DNA from: Takakia lepidozioides
Taxonomy: Eukaryota; Plantae; Bryophyta
Assembly: GCA_030704615.1 (NCBI GenBank)
Contig: CM060731.1
Location: forward strand, 67,890,001 to 67,954,000
Direction of reading: 5' to 3'
Length of the DNA stretch: 64,000 bases
The notes beneath the pieces are model-generated. The model saw nothing but the letters and a program-made list of their open reading frames with translations, was not told the DNA's origin and did not search any database. Positions 37,673 to 48,306 of this stretch are shown piece by piece (positions within the stretch are counted from its first letter, which is position 1; the number at the start of each line of letters is the position of its first letter). Made by a program: the position numbers and the translations under genes.

Positions 37673-38500
37673 GATCTGTTGCAACGCTACTTACTGGATC
37701 CCATGCATTGCGAAAAAGTTTTTTTGTGAAAACTTGTTGAAGACGATTTTTGGACGGAAGGACACGGTGAAGGTGAGGAACAACATGGAGGTAATCGGCA
37801 TCAGACGTCACTTGTGGCTTCGGCCTGATCCACAAAACCCTTCACGTATCATGAAACCAGCAGCATCGTATGTTCTCAACCCCGCTGAAATCACGATATT
37901 TCTTGATACTTTGGGGGCTATCAAAACTCCTTTGGGATTTGCAGGTGCATTTCAGAAACACATACACCCATCTAGGAAACATTTGATGAGTATGAAGTCC
38001 CATGATTATCACGTTTTAATGCAACAGATTTTACCTGTGTGTATTCGCCATTGCATGGCTCTAGGCACACGTGGGGTCATTATGCGTATGAGTCGCATTT
38101 TCCGCCGGATTTGTGCCAAAGTATGGGACCCTAATGAAATAGATTCATTGCGTGAGGATGTTGCTATAATCTTGTGTCTGTTAGAGAAAGAGTTCCCCCC
38201 TTCTTTCTTTGATGTCATGACCCATTTGCTAGTTCATCTCGTAGATGAACTAGACACATGTGGTCCGGCGTCTTCACGGTGGATGTATCCCATGGAGCGT
38301 TACATGAAAGATCTCAAGGGATACGTTAGGAATTACGCAAAGCCAGAAGGGAGTATGGCTGCAGGGTATGTTCTTGATGAGGCCATGGGGTTCATGAGTG
38401 AGTATAAGCAATCATTTGATGCAATTCAACGGCGGATTTGGGATGCAAATGCGGAGGAAGGGGTTGAGAACGAGGTCTTGGAAGGTGTCGGCAAAAAGCG
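37673..38500 (+). pseudogene. Tnp2/TnpD transposase of CACTA A, 3' part (DUF4218), truncated
   Basis: Acceptor TTGCAG|GAT gives DLLQRYLLDPMHCEK, the same intron position as in element B. Then SMKSHDYH, EKEFPPSFFDVMTHLLVHL, WMYPMERYMKDLKGYVRN..KPEGSM. Homology ends at EVLEGVGKKR. Confidence 0.92.
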
Positions 38501-38697
38501 GGACTATGGCCATAGCAGAGAACACATGTGTTCACACAGCCATCACAACCTACCACGGCCTGTCACAACATATCACAGCCTATCCCTGCCTGTCACAGCC
38601 CAACACAGGCAACACAGCCCACACAGGTTGCACAGTCCATAATGGCAGTGACAAATGGACACGAGTTAATGTCAGTAAAGTGGCCGATAAGTATAAA

Positions 38698-38773
38698 GTA
38701 GCAAGATTTGACCCCAGAATCATCTGGGTGGCACTAAGAGCACTTAACCAACTAAGCTATTGACTGTTGGTAG
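38698..38773 (-). repeat. tRNA-derived (SINE-head-like) sequence, copy 1
   Basis: Reverse complement of 46973-47048 with 6 mismatches in 76 nt; A-box-like TAGCTTAGTTGGTTAAG and B-box-like GGGTCAAATC. Confidence 0.55.
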
Positions 38774-38997
38774 GGGTCCAATTTTTGAAAAAAATCAAAC
38801 TATTGCACTCGGTGTTTAAGGATTAAACCAATGTTGTTGCTTTGAAGTTGGGGCCGATTGGGAGTGCACATAGAACCTATTAATTCATGTATGTCCATGG
38901 AGCCGTCCCGGCAGCAAAGTTGTGCCGGAGAGAAATCTGGCTACCAATGATGGGCTTCACTATAAATCATCTCCTTGACCATACAATAAAGATGACA

Positions 38998-39221
38998 GGA
39001 CATACTACATCATATATAGATTACAGTTTTTATTTTTTTAAGAAGAAATTCACAAATGATCCCAAGCTTCCCCATGTTGATCGGAAGGCCTGGAGGAGTG
39101 CTTCCTTCACCTGTTTGGCTCGAAGGGCCATTTCCGCTGTCTCCACCTCCAATAATCGGCCACCAAAAGGCCATACTACATCATATATAGATTACAGTTT
39201 TTATTTTTTTACGAAGAAATA
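38998..39221. repeat. About 50-bp direct repeat x2
   Basis: CATACTACATCATATATAGATTACAGTTTTTATTTTTTTA.GAAGAAAT at about 39001 and about 39172. Confidence 0.85.
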
Positions 39222-40139
39222 TCTATCGTTCATCAATTTTGTATGGAGCATCAGCACCAAAATCAGTTTGATCCTATTCCACCTGAAGATAAACCTCCCT
39301 TGGTTCCCACAAGCAATTGAAGTAGGTTACTTCAGAAATGAATGAAGATTTTTAATCGACTAGGAATGAACTTAAGTAGATCTTAGCCGGGTGTGCACAG
39401 GCTTATGGATGAGCTCATTTATGCATCCATTAGGAGCAGTATCTGTTCACATTTCATCCCTATGCACCCTGGTTATGTCTGGTAAATTTCATAGAAACCG
39501 CTGCTGTTTGGGAAACCGCGCGGGGCATAACTTACGGCGCAGTGCAGAGCCGGGCAGTTGAGATATTTCTCGGGAGCCCGCACGCAGATATTTGCGGGCT
39601 TGCCGCGCAGGCCACATATTTCTGGGGCAGCCCTGACGCGGCAGGCCCCTGTCAAATCCTCCCCATCCCCCGGCGTCCCGACGGCGCGCGACGGACGGCA
39701 CTGACGGCGAGAGCCCACCGTCACGGTGGACCCGGACATTTATTTCTGGCTATTCACCAGATCCTAGGTCAGATATTTTATGAAAAGTGAGTCTTTCCTG
39801 TCGTAGATTTGTCAGACAGTGAATGTAAGACAAAGATAAAAGATAAAGATAAAGTTTCTTTAACGTCCAGTGAATTTACAAAGCCTACTGTAAAGAAAAA
39901 GGCTCCATAAGGGCGGATAAAAAAGATATAGGTCCCAAATTCGGGGAGGGGTTATTTCTTAAAGGGAGAGCAATGGAGCGGCCCAATGTGGAGGGAGGTG
40001 AATGGGTGTTGGAAATGGCTGCTATGTGAGGCCATGTGTAGAGGAGACGAGAGGATATTGAGGCGGTGGGGGCGATGTTGCCCTCCTTGTAAAATGCTCG
40101 ACCACCACTTGACTCTGTTGGGGAGTACATAGAGTTAAT

Positions 40140-42510
40140 AATAATATATGACGCCTCCCAAAGGGAGTGTAAATTATGGTGTCTCTTAACCCAGAAGGGC
40201 TACTTGCCTTCCGGTAGGAAGATGGACACCTTTGTGACACCAGCCGGTGGATCAACCCCACAACCACTTCTGAGGTGGTATGTGCCCATTATCAGTGGGC
40301 TACAACTTGGTTATCATATATAGAGAAGGTGAGGGTTGTGCTTTGTAGCTGAGCCTCTCCCACCTCAACCTTATTTAGATGGGCTCTGCAAGCAATGCCC
40401 TTTTTAAAATAAAGTGGAACTTCAATCATCTAAAAATGAATAGAAGGTAGGGAAGTTAGTGGGGTTTGCAAAAACGAATCAAATCTAGCATATATATGTT
40501 TGGATTCACCTTAGCTTAGGTCAAGGTGGGGTTGAAAAGACACATGTAGGGATGATACACTTGCATTAATAAAAGCTTACATCTCCAATGATTTTTGCTG
40601 AAAATTACTTTTTCATTTTTTGATAAAGGAAACAGGCTGGGAGCAACAACTCACAATTGATCTACTACTAAAGTATACTCATAGACCATGTAACTGATCC
40701 TATAAAAGTAGCAGTACCCTATATCCGCCTATGATTTGCATTTCAGTTTGCTAACGTATTACCTCGATGGTCGTGCAATGTGCTCACGCTGGTATTTTTT
40801 CCTGCTCACCGGATACCAACCCCCCAAAGCAGCCTGCTAGAGCTTTTGTGGGTTTTGGCAGGGCCTGGATATGCCCTGTAAAAAATAAAAAATAAAATAA
40901 GTGACGCCTCCCAACTAAAGTGCAAATTATGTTGTCTCTTCATCCCCATGTCACACCTTGACCCATAGATCACCTAGGTTGTGCACAAGCAAGGCACAAA
41001 CTCTTGATCACTGGGCTATCCACTCTAGTGCGATAGGCCATGTATTTGCGATGTTGACATTGCGTGTTTATCATGTGTTGGGGATTGGACAAACAACGCA
41101 TATAGAAAGATGAGGTACATATATTGGGTGTTTTCGACAACAACCAAGTTGTAGCCCAGTGATAATGGGCACATACCTATTACCACCTCAAAAGTGATTG
41201 TGGGTCCAATCCACCGATTGGTGTCACAAAGGTGTCCACCTTCGTACCGGAATGCAGTAGCCTTTTGCAGTCAAGAGACACCATAATATTACGCTTCCTT
41301 TGGAAGACATCATATAACATCATGGGTGTATCGGAGATGCACCTTTGGCAGGGAGTAAACAAACAGATGGCCAGGGCGGGATTGCCCCCGCCGGACAACG
41401 CACAAGCAAATTGGGCTAGAGTCCGAAGGGTGTACGAGGAACACCCAAATGTTCCAATGGAAGGAGGGTTCCATTTTCTGCAGAGCTTGTCGGAGTACAC
41501 AACCAAACTTGTGGCGCCAGCTTTCAGAGAGGACCACCGTTCCATGTGTCTTGCATGGAAGAATGGTCCTACTTGGAGTGTTGGTTTTCTCAATTGTTTT
41601 TTTTGTTTCTATAGCAATTTGTGTCTCTAGTAGGTGGAAGTCCGATCCATGTGAAATTATGTTTTATTTCAATTATTGGCTTGATTTCTGAGTTTCATGA
41701 TACTATATTTTATTGTCTTTAACATTTGCATTTTTTTTTTGCAGTTGTTTTTGTTGACACACAATGTACGGAAGTTATAATTCTGTGGCTATGGAGGTAT
41801 GTTCTTTGCATATTCTTTGTCTTAACATCTTCATGACATTGATCAAATTTAAGTTTTTGTGTGATGAAAATTTCACTTGACTTCCTCGAAGCAAGATTTT
41901 CAGGAGCATGTGCACAATCACTTAATTATGTCATAACACACTGAAAACCTTTGTACATTGTGTGTCAACAAAAACGACTTCAGAAAAAAACAATGCAAAT
42001 GCTAAAGACAACAAAATATTTCCAACATTGTCATCCATATATGGAGCTAGCAAAATTGTAGATGGTTTACATTAGACATAAAATGGGAATTATAGAGCGG
42101 CTTACTGATATGCAGACACCTCTAGCCGGGCCTGCTATCAAATCCCCACCCCTTGTCCTATCTAGCGTTGCTCTCAACCTTCATGCTCTTCCGCTCCCTT
42201 ACCCCATTCCCCAGCCCTCCCATAACCTAGTTTTTTAAGCAATTTGCATACATGTCAGCGTTGGATTGCATTTGAGCAAGCCAACTACTAACCATAGCTA
42301 ATGACCCTGCATACAACTTTCTTTGATAGACAACCAAGTTGTAGCCAAGTGGTAATGGGCACATACCATTTCGGAAGTGGTTGTAGTTCAATCCACCGAT
42401 TGGTGTCACAAAGGTGTCCACCTTCCTTCCGGAAGGCAGTAGCCCTTTGGATTGAAGAGACACTATAATTTACATTTCTTAATTCGGGAGGGAGGCGTCA
42501 CATATTATCA
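40140..42510. repeat. Dispersed about 170-bp repeat: 40140-40316 (+), 41136-41292 (-), 42328-42510 (-), partial copy at 40901-40940 (+)
   Basis: Shared cores GGACACCTTTGTGACACCA, GTATGTGCCCATTA, GCTACAACTTGGTT and TGACGCCTCCC. Confidence 0.8.
41705..42019. mobile_element. MITE/foldback-like element with about 65-bp imperfect TIRs
   Basis: ATATTTTATTGTCTTTAACATTTGCATT...GTTTTTGTTGACACACAATGTAC is mirrored by GTACATTGTGTGTCAACAAAAAC...AATGCAAATGCTAAAGACAACAAAATAT. No clear TSD. Confidence 0.7.
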
Positions 42511-42942
42511 TTATTTATTTTTCAATAGGAAGTTTCGATGTAAATCTGGAAAATGGGGGTGAAAATCGCTAATTTTGAAGCTAGGTTATGTACTGTATTC
42601 CACTAAGAGTTCTCTGGCTATGAGTTGTAGCCTGGCACATAGTACTACCGAGCCGCAGTGGATACTTAGAATCCAAACAGTTTGGAGGTGGGTGTATCTT
42701 TTTGAAGGTCTTGTCATTTTTCATATCGCATAAAAACCAAATAATGGTTCTGTATGTTTGATGGGTACCAGCTCGGAGGTTGTTAATGTTCTTTCAATGA
42801 AGCAATTAATAGACAAAAAAACGCATCCTCAACTAATTGCACTCTCAAATAATCCTAACTTTAGTTTTTATTTTATTTTATTTTACAAATCCAAAAGGAT
42901 GAGTATAAATAGCTAGGGTGATATGTCATTTATTGTGACCCC

Positions 42943-43305
42943 TGTAAAGCCCCATATTTGCTTAACCTAAAAATGGCCCGTTTCATCCAAAACGGCGATA
43001 CATCCATAGTATATTTTTTTGGCACATAAAGCCGTTAAACCGTTACAATGATATCTAGGTTAGGGTTAGTTTTGGCTGGTGGCTCGATCCTGGCCCTTCA
43101 TTAGATCTAGGGCTACAAGGCGGCGCCGTGGGCTTTGGCTTGTGACGCCTCGCCACGCGGCGGGCCACTAAAGCTAGGGCTTTTGTTTAAAGACGGCGCC
43201 CTGACACAAGGTCAGGGCGGTGTACTAGGGTGTTAGTGTATATGTGATTTTGGTGTACAAGCTTTGGATGAGAGCTGTTTTGTATCAGATCCGTGTGTTT
43301 GATCC
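42943..43305 (+). repeat. Truncated LTR of the Gypsy A family, inverted relative to 9860-10224
   Basis: Starts TGTAAAGCCCCATATTTGCT and is collinear with the reverse complement of 9860-10224 with scattered substitutions. Confidence 0.92.
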
Positions 43306-43695
43306 GGGGAGAGGACGAAATTTTTGAGAGGCATAGTGGAACTGATGCATCACATAGCTCGGAGGATGGGGGGGATGAGGGGGATGAGGAGGAAGGCGGG
43401 GCAAGTTCCTCGGAGGGTGTAGGACAGTAGTGCCCATTCCGGCTATGACAGTTACGACACACTTGTATAGATGTGACTTGCCACAAAATTTGCAATAAAA
43501 TGTTGCATTTCATTGCTATGACGAGTCCACTGGTGCCAAATTCCAACTTGATATGACCCTATTTCCGTGCCTCCTAACCCTATTTCCGTGGACACACAAT
43601 GGTCCGCTCATGTTTTTTTTTTTCCGCTCATGCTCATGCCGCTCATGAAATAGCGTACCAGACAAAGATTCTTCCGACTGCCTGAGGATCCGTAG

Positions 43696-44232
43696 GTGCC
43701 AGCAGAAAACGACCCATACAATCGCGAACTGTTTAGGAGAGACCTATTTCTGAGGGAGTTGGAGGCCGCTAGCATCCGTTGGGAGGATATGAATGAGACG
43801 TACTGGGTGCCTCGTCGGGATGAAGGGCCATTTCTTCCAGAGTTGCGCAGAAACCCCCAGCAGGAGGAGGTATTGGACAATTTCAAGACTGCCATCACGA
43901 GTATTGTAAAGTATTGGCAGAACACATGGCGTGACCAAGTTGCCCCTATTCCAGGGGTGTTCTTGCCACTTCCAAACATATCGGATTTAATTGAAAAATT
44001 GCATGTCGCCGTAGCAAGAGCGACACACCCGGCTCTGGCAAATGTGGAAGAGAGTCAACACTCGCCTAGAACGCTACGCATGATGGCAAGGGTGGACCAC
44101 ACAACACTGGGTCTCTCTTTGACCACTCGAGCTCTCCGTACTGGTGGAGGCACGTCCTCTACACCCGGAGCATCTTCATCAACATCTGGAGATGACGACA
44201 ACGAAGTAATAAATCTAGATGAAGATGATTAG
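43696..44232 (+). CDS. Uncharacterised, probably TE-associated ORF or terminal exon (178 aa)
   Basis: Open frame preceded by a possible acceptor TAG|GTG and ending in acidic EVINLDEDD*. No recognisable domain. Confidence 0.3.
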   Translation: MPAENDPYNRELFRRDLFLRELEAASIRWEDMNETYWVPRRDEGPFLPELRRNPQQEEVLDNFKTAITSIVKYWQNTWRDQVAPIPGVFLPLPNISDLIEKLHVAVARATHPALANVEESQHSPRTLRMMARVDHTTLGLSLTTRALRTGGGTSSTPGASSSTSGDDDNEVINLDEDD

Positions 44233-44470
44233 AAAGGCTAGAAACGTAGGGAGTAAGCCAAAGGTCTCAGATTGCGAAAACTTAAATGTGCAACCCACTG
44301 TATAGTCTACGTAATTTTTGGAAATACGAGGTTTATCCTTTGAACCATTTTTGAATGACCTCATACTTGTTCGGTACCTGTTTGACGGTATGTACAATAT
44401 ACTGGCAAAGTTTCAAAACAATAAAAAAATTGCTGAATGAAGATACCATTGGTTCACCCATTGCAATATT

Positions 44471-46037
44471 TTAGCCTCCCTCCGGTCCATAAGGGTTTAG
44501 GCACATTGTGCACATCGTACCATCTGTTACACATGACGCTGGATTGCTCTGTGGTATCCACGTCCGTTTATCCTCATGAATGTAGGATGACATCCTCGGC
44601 CTGGTGTCCCACTCCTCCTCTACTTCCAAATCCCAGTTTATGCTGTTATTGGTATCGAAAGTTGTATGCACACAATGCTCAAACATGACATCCACATCAC
44701 CCCATGTGGTGAATCCAGTGTACTTCGACGTGAATACATCACGCACAATGTTGTGCCTTTGCAAATTAACATAGATGTTATCTACGCTTCGATTCGACAA
44801 ACGTGATGCACGTTGGAGGGAGGACAACGCTTCTTCTATCCGTATTTCCCGCGATGCTAGATGGCCCGCCCATGTCGCCAATTCCCCTTCAACCATGGCC
44901 ACGATCGGATTTGCATGGCATTTGAGTACCGATATGCAACAGCCCTAGCTTGCTCGCGTTCCCCCACAAGCTGCTCTAATTCTTGTTCTTGGGCCGATGT
45001 AATTTGCACGGCTGAACATTCCTCAATTTCCACTATAGGGTTCTTCCCTTTTCTTGCCTTTTCTGCCGCAAGTCTTTCTTCCTCAACCCTCGCCGGGTCC
45101 AGTTCATACGTTTGCACTTCATTCCCATGCCCGATTGAGTCAACCCCGTCGATGACGTGGTCAATGTCCATTGGTGACATATTCAAAAGCGCCAATATGT
45201 CTTGCTCGTTGGTGATTGGCCTCGGGTCCTGAGCACACCGCGTATGCTGTCGAGAGTCCCCAACCCCATTCTTTTCAGCAACTTCGCTATTTGCCACCGT
45301 TGCAAATGAACAATGTCCCGCAGGTCTTTGATGTGTTGTTCATGTGCGGCCAATTGTTCCTCCAACGGAGAGCATACCTCGCCCCCCTCCATCTCAGACG
45401 TTGAAGGCCCGGCTGCGGAGACCTGTTGCGGCGTATAATCTGGAGGTTGGTCTGCATTTCCTCCTTCTTCCACATCGTCGTTTCCATCCGTATTTCCTCC
45501 TTCTTCCACCTTGTCATTTCCATCGAACCGTATGATGTCCTGCCCCTGACGTATATACAAGTCTGGGATATCAGAGAACATGTATAGTCTAGTACGATGT
45601 CTCGCAGTGGCAGTTTGTCAATCCACCGGTCGCAATAAAATCAACTCTGTGTACAACATGGCCGCAAATAAATACGGGACCTTGTTGTTGACGAGCGGTT
45701 GACCCCACAATGTTGTATGGTACCTCCTTTGCCCTGTGGCGGAAATGCGGGTTGGCGCAGGAATGCAAGCTAGCTTGATTTTGTTTGGTTTGTGGATCGT
45801 GCCTATCTCTGGGCCACAAACGATTTATGTGACACCAGTCCACAAATTTCCTGCAGTCACCAAGCGACCACCGCTGCCCCAACTTCCAAACTTCCCAACC
45901 TGGTTCCACAAGAATGTTGGGGTCATTGTATATGTCCCAACGAAGTTCGCGCCTGGCCCTTTTTGGTTTTTTTTTGGAGGTCCAGGTTCATTATCGTCAT
46001 CCCTGGGATGACCTCCTCTGTCTTCCTCCTCCGCCAT
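44471..46037 (-). pseudogene. Degraded unknown gene of about 520 codons (TE accessory-like), ending in a possible RING-finger start
   Basis: ORFs 46037-45825 and 45581-45183 share a frame across two stops (…KVPYLFAAMLYTELILLRPVD*…). Frameshifts continue into 45297 and 44902, through a coiled coil to CTMCLNPYGPEGG. Confidence 0.5.
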
Positions 46038-46465
46038 TTATGGCTCTGACTTACCTCTACTCGACAGGTCTTTGCTAAGAAAAATGCTCTCCGAACCCTC
46101 CTAAATCGTACCTAATCCTACTCCATAATGAATTCTTCCCAAGTACTAGAGGCACGTGTCACTCCCTCGGCAGTTCTAAGTGATATAACGCAATGTGCAA
46201 TGAAAAAAACGTGGGTGCCAAAGGAGGGCTTCCTGGGAGGTACTCAGCATCGATTTCGTAGAATCCAACGGCCCAAAATACCCCCCACCCAACCAATAGC
46301 ACCCCTCTCCACTTGGACTCAATGACAAGGAATGCAACATCCCATCGCCCACCAAGTCCTGGTGTGGAGAGAAGTGAGGGAGAGAATGGCCTCCAAGGCC
46401 TTATAAGCCCCCCCTCCACACTCGGGGCGCGCGCTGTCATCATGACTGCGCACGCTAGTAATAGC

Positions 46466-46950
46466 TGCGACCGCCAGCAGGGGTGGTCGCATCTTCTTTT
46501 CTTTTCTTTATTATGTGCGACCACCAGCAGGGGGGTGGTCGCAGAATGTTTATTTTTTTTAATAGGTGCGACCACCAGCAGGGGGGTGGTCGCAGAATGT
46601 TTATTTTTTTTAATAGGTGCGACCACCAGCAGGGGGGTGGTCGCAGAATTTTTTTTTAATAGGTGAGACCACTAGCAGAGGGGTGGTCGTAGATTTTTTT
46701 TATTTTTTTTAATGGGTGCGACCACCAGTAGGGGGGTGGTCGCAGATTTTTTTTATTTTTTTTAATGGGTGCGACCACCAGCAGGGGGGTGGTCGCAGAT
46801 TTTTTTTTTTTTTTTAATGGGTGCGACCACCTGCAAGGAGGTGGTTGCATACTTTTTCTTTTTTTTAATATGCGCGACCACCAGCAAAGGGGTGATCACA
46901 GAAATTTTGTTTAAAACGAATAGGCGCGCACCAGCAGGGCGGTGGTCGCA
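46466..46950. repeat. Array of 10 palindromic GC-rich units separated by T-rich linkers (period about 50 bp)
   Basis: TGCGACCACC-AGCAGGG(G)-GGTGGTCGCA repeated with linkers like GAATGTTTATTTTTTTTAATAGG; edge copies are degenerate. Confidence 0.95.
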
Positions 46951-46972
46951 TAATTTTCCGATTTTTTAATAT

Positions 46973-47048
46973 CTACCAACAGTCAGTAGCTTAGTTGGTT
47001 AAGTGCACTGAGTGCGACCCGGACGATTCTGGGGTCAAATCTTGCTAC
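46973..47048 (+). repeat. tRNA-derived (SINE-head-like) sequence, copy 2
   Basis: ...GTAGCTTAGTTGGTTAAGTGC...CTGGGGTCAAATCTTGC: a D-arm and A/B-box-like spacing, but broken anticodon and acceptor stems. Confidence 0.55.
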
Positions 47049-47107
47049 TTGATGGGTGTGGTATGGTTCGTGTGTGGTGCCCTATTCCTACGCCTCTTGG
47101 CGCATAA

Positions 47108-47168
47108 ATGAAAGAGGTTGTTTTCTCCTCTCACTACTAAGGGACCTGATTTGTGAGCTGTCGCTCCC
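47108..47168 (+). repeat. Dispersed about 60-bp motif, also at 51157-51217 (+), 8554-8614 (-) and partially at 40639-40660 (-)
   Basis: ATGAAAGA.GTT.TTTTCTCCTCTCACTA...CCTGATTTGTGAGC.G.CGCTC at each location. Confidence 0.8.
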
Positions 47169-47410
47169 AGAACTCATACTTGTCCGGTACCTTTAAGAGG
47201 GCATGTACAATGCAATGGCAAAGTTTGAAAGCTCTTGTGAATCATTTTTGATTGATCTCATATTTGTCCGGTCCATGTAAGAGGCATGTAGAATATACTG
47301 ACAAAATTTCAAATCATTCAATTTTTTTTTTATCAAGGAACCTTTGGTTTATCATTTTCACCATTAACGATTAATCACAAATAAATGCACAGACGAATAA
47401 ATCATTTGCC

Positions 47411-47636
47411 TCCAAATGGTTTTGGTTCGCTTTGAGACTTGGCCAGTATATTCAATGTACCATGAAAGAAGCCCCAGAGTAATATGAGATCAATCGAAAT
47501 TCGTTCAATGGGCCAACGGATGGTTGCCCATCCAAATGATTTTCGTTCGCTTTGAGACTTGGCCAGTGTGTTCAATGTACCCTCTGATAGGTCCCAGTGT
47601 ATATGAGATCAATCGAAATTCATTCGATGGGCCAAT
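47411..47636. repeat. Tandem 120-bp repeat x2; related inverted pieces at about 47170-47315 and about 44355-44420
   Basis: TCCAAATG.TTT.GTTCGCTTTGAGACTTGGCCAGT...ATATGAGATCAATCGAAATTC at 47411 and 47531. Confidence 0.85.
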
Positions 47637-48306
47637 GAGGCGTTCAGTTGTCATCTAGTTTTTGTTCATTGCGAAAAAGAAATCCTGCAATGCGTGCACG
47701 GCTATTGCACCCATTGAACGGATGTGGTTGAAGCCCCTCTTTTGCCCGCATGTGCTTGAACATGTGTGCGACACATGTGCGGAGACACAACAGACGAATA
47801 AATCATTTGCCTCCCCATCAACACCAAGCCATTCCATAATGTAATTGAATTTAAATTAATTTTAAGCCAATAAATAGGTTTGCACTGCCTTTCATTGGGG
47901 GTTTTTGGCACGTATCGATTTTTTTTTGGCTCAATTTTGTTCTCCGGCTTCCAGCATCCCACCACTACTCCCTCGCCAAAATTTGGACCAATAAAAAATG
48001 CCCAAAAAAAAAAGTGTTCTCTTCGCTCACTATTGCAGAATTATCTATGAAGAGTGCATGAAGTTGAACACAAATCAAGTTTGGAGTGCAAAACAGGGAA
48101 GAAACTGTGGTTTTGGGTCCAAATGAATTATGTTCGCTCCCAAATTTGGCACGCACGTTGCATATGGCTACCCTACGCTAGCTCGGGAATTAAACGGTCT
48201 GCGAGTCTGATGCATGTACATGTGATTAGCCTCCCTAATCCTACTCTCGGGGGAGGGACTAGCTCTTTGAATTCAAGTTTGCATCCGAGTGCTGTGCCTT
48301 TGTTGA

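Larger units (their letters stand above)
14041..38500 (+). mobile_element. CACTA (En/Spm) element A; left end intact, right end not found; carries PPR cargo and hosts element B
   Basis: Begins CACTAGAAGAAAAA exactly where the Gypsy reading frame stops. Dense ACCACT/AGTGGT subterminal repeats at 14060-14520 and about 18160-18450. Contains TnpA-like (-) and Tnp2/TnpD-like (+) genes. Transposase homology ends abruptly near 38500. Confidence 0.8.

Noticed and set aside
9630-43305. Two LTR copies as the ends of one intact retrotransposon
   Set aside because: They are inverted rather than direct, the second is truncated, and the flanks do not form a TSD.
46466-46950. CRISPR array
   Set aside because: The linkers are near-identical T-rich sequences rather than unique spacers, the context is plant nuclear DNA, and no cas genes are present.
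46973-47048. Functional tRNA gene (also 38698-38773)
   Set aside because: The anticodon and acceptor stems do not pair, and the T-loop reads GTCAAAT rather than TTCRAAT.
38698-47048. One 8.3-kb TIR transposon bounded by the tRNA-like inverted pair
   Set aside because: There is no TSD at the outer ends and no recognisable superfamily terminus.
48146-48190. Primer-binding site for the orphan gag (TGGCACGC / TGGCTACCC)
   Set aside because: The matches to tRNA 3' ends are too short to call, and no LTR end lies adjacent.
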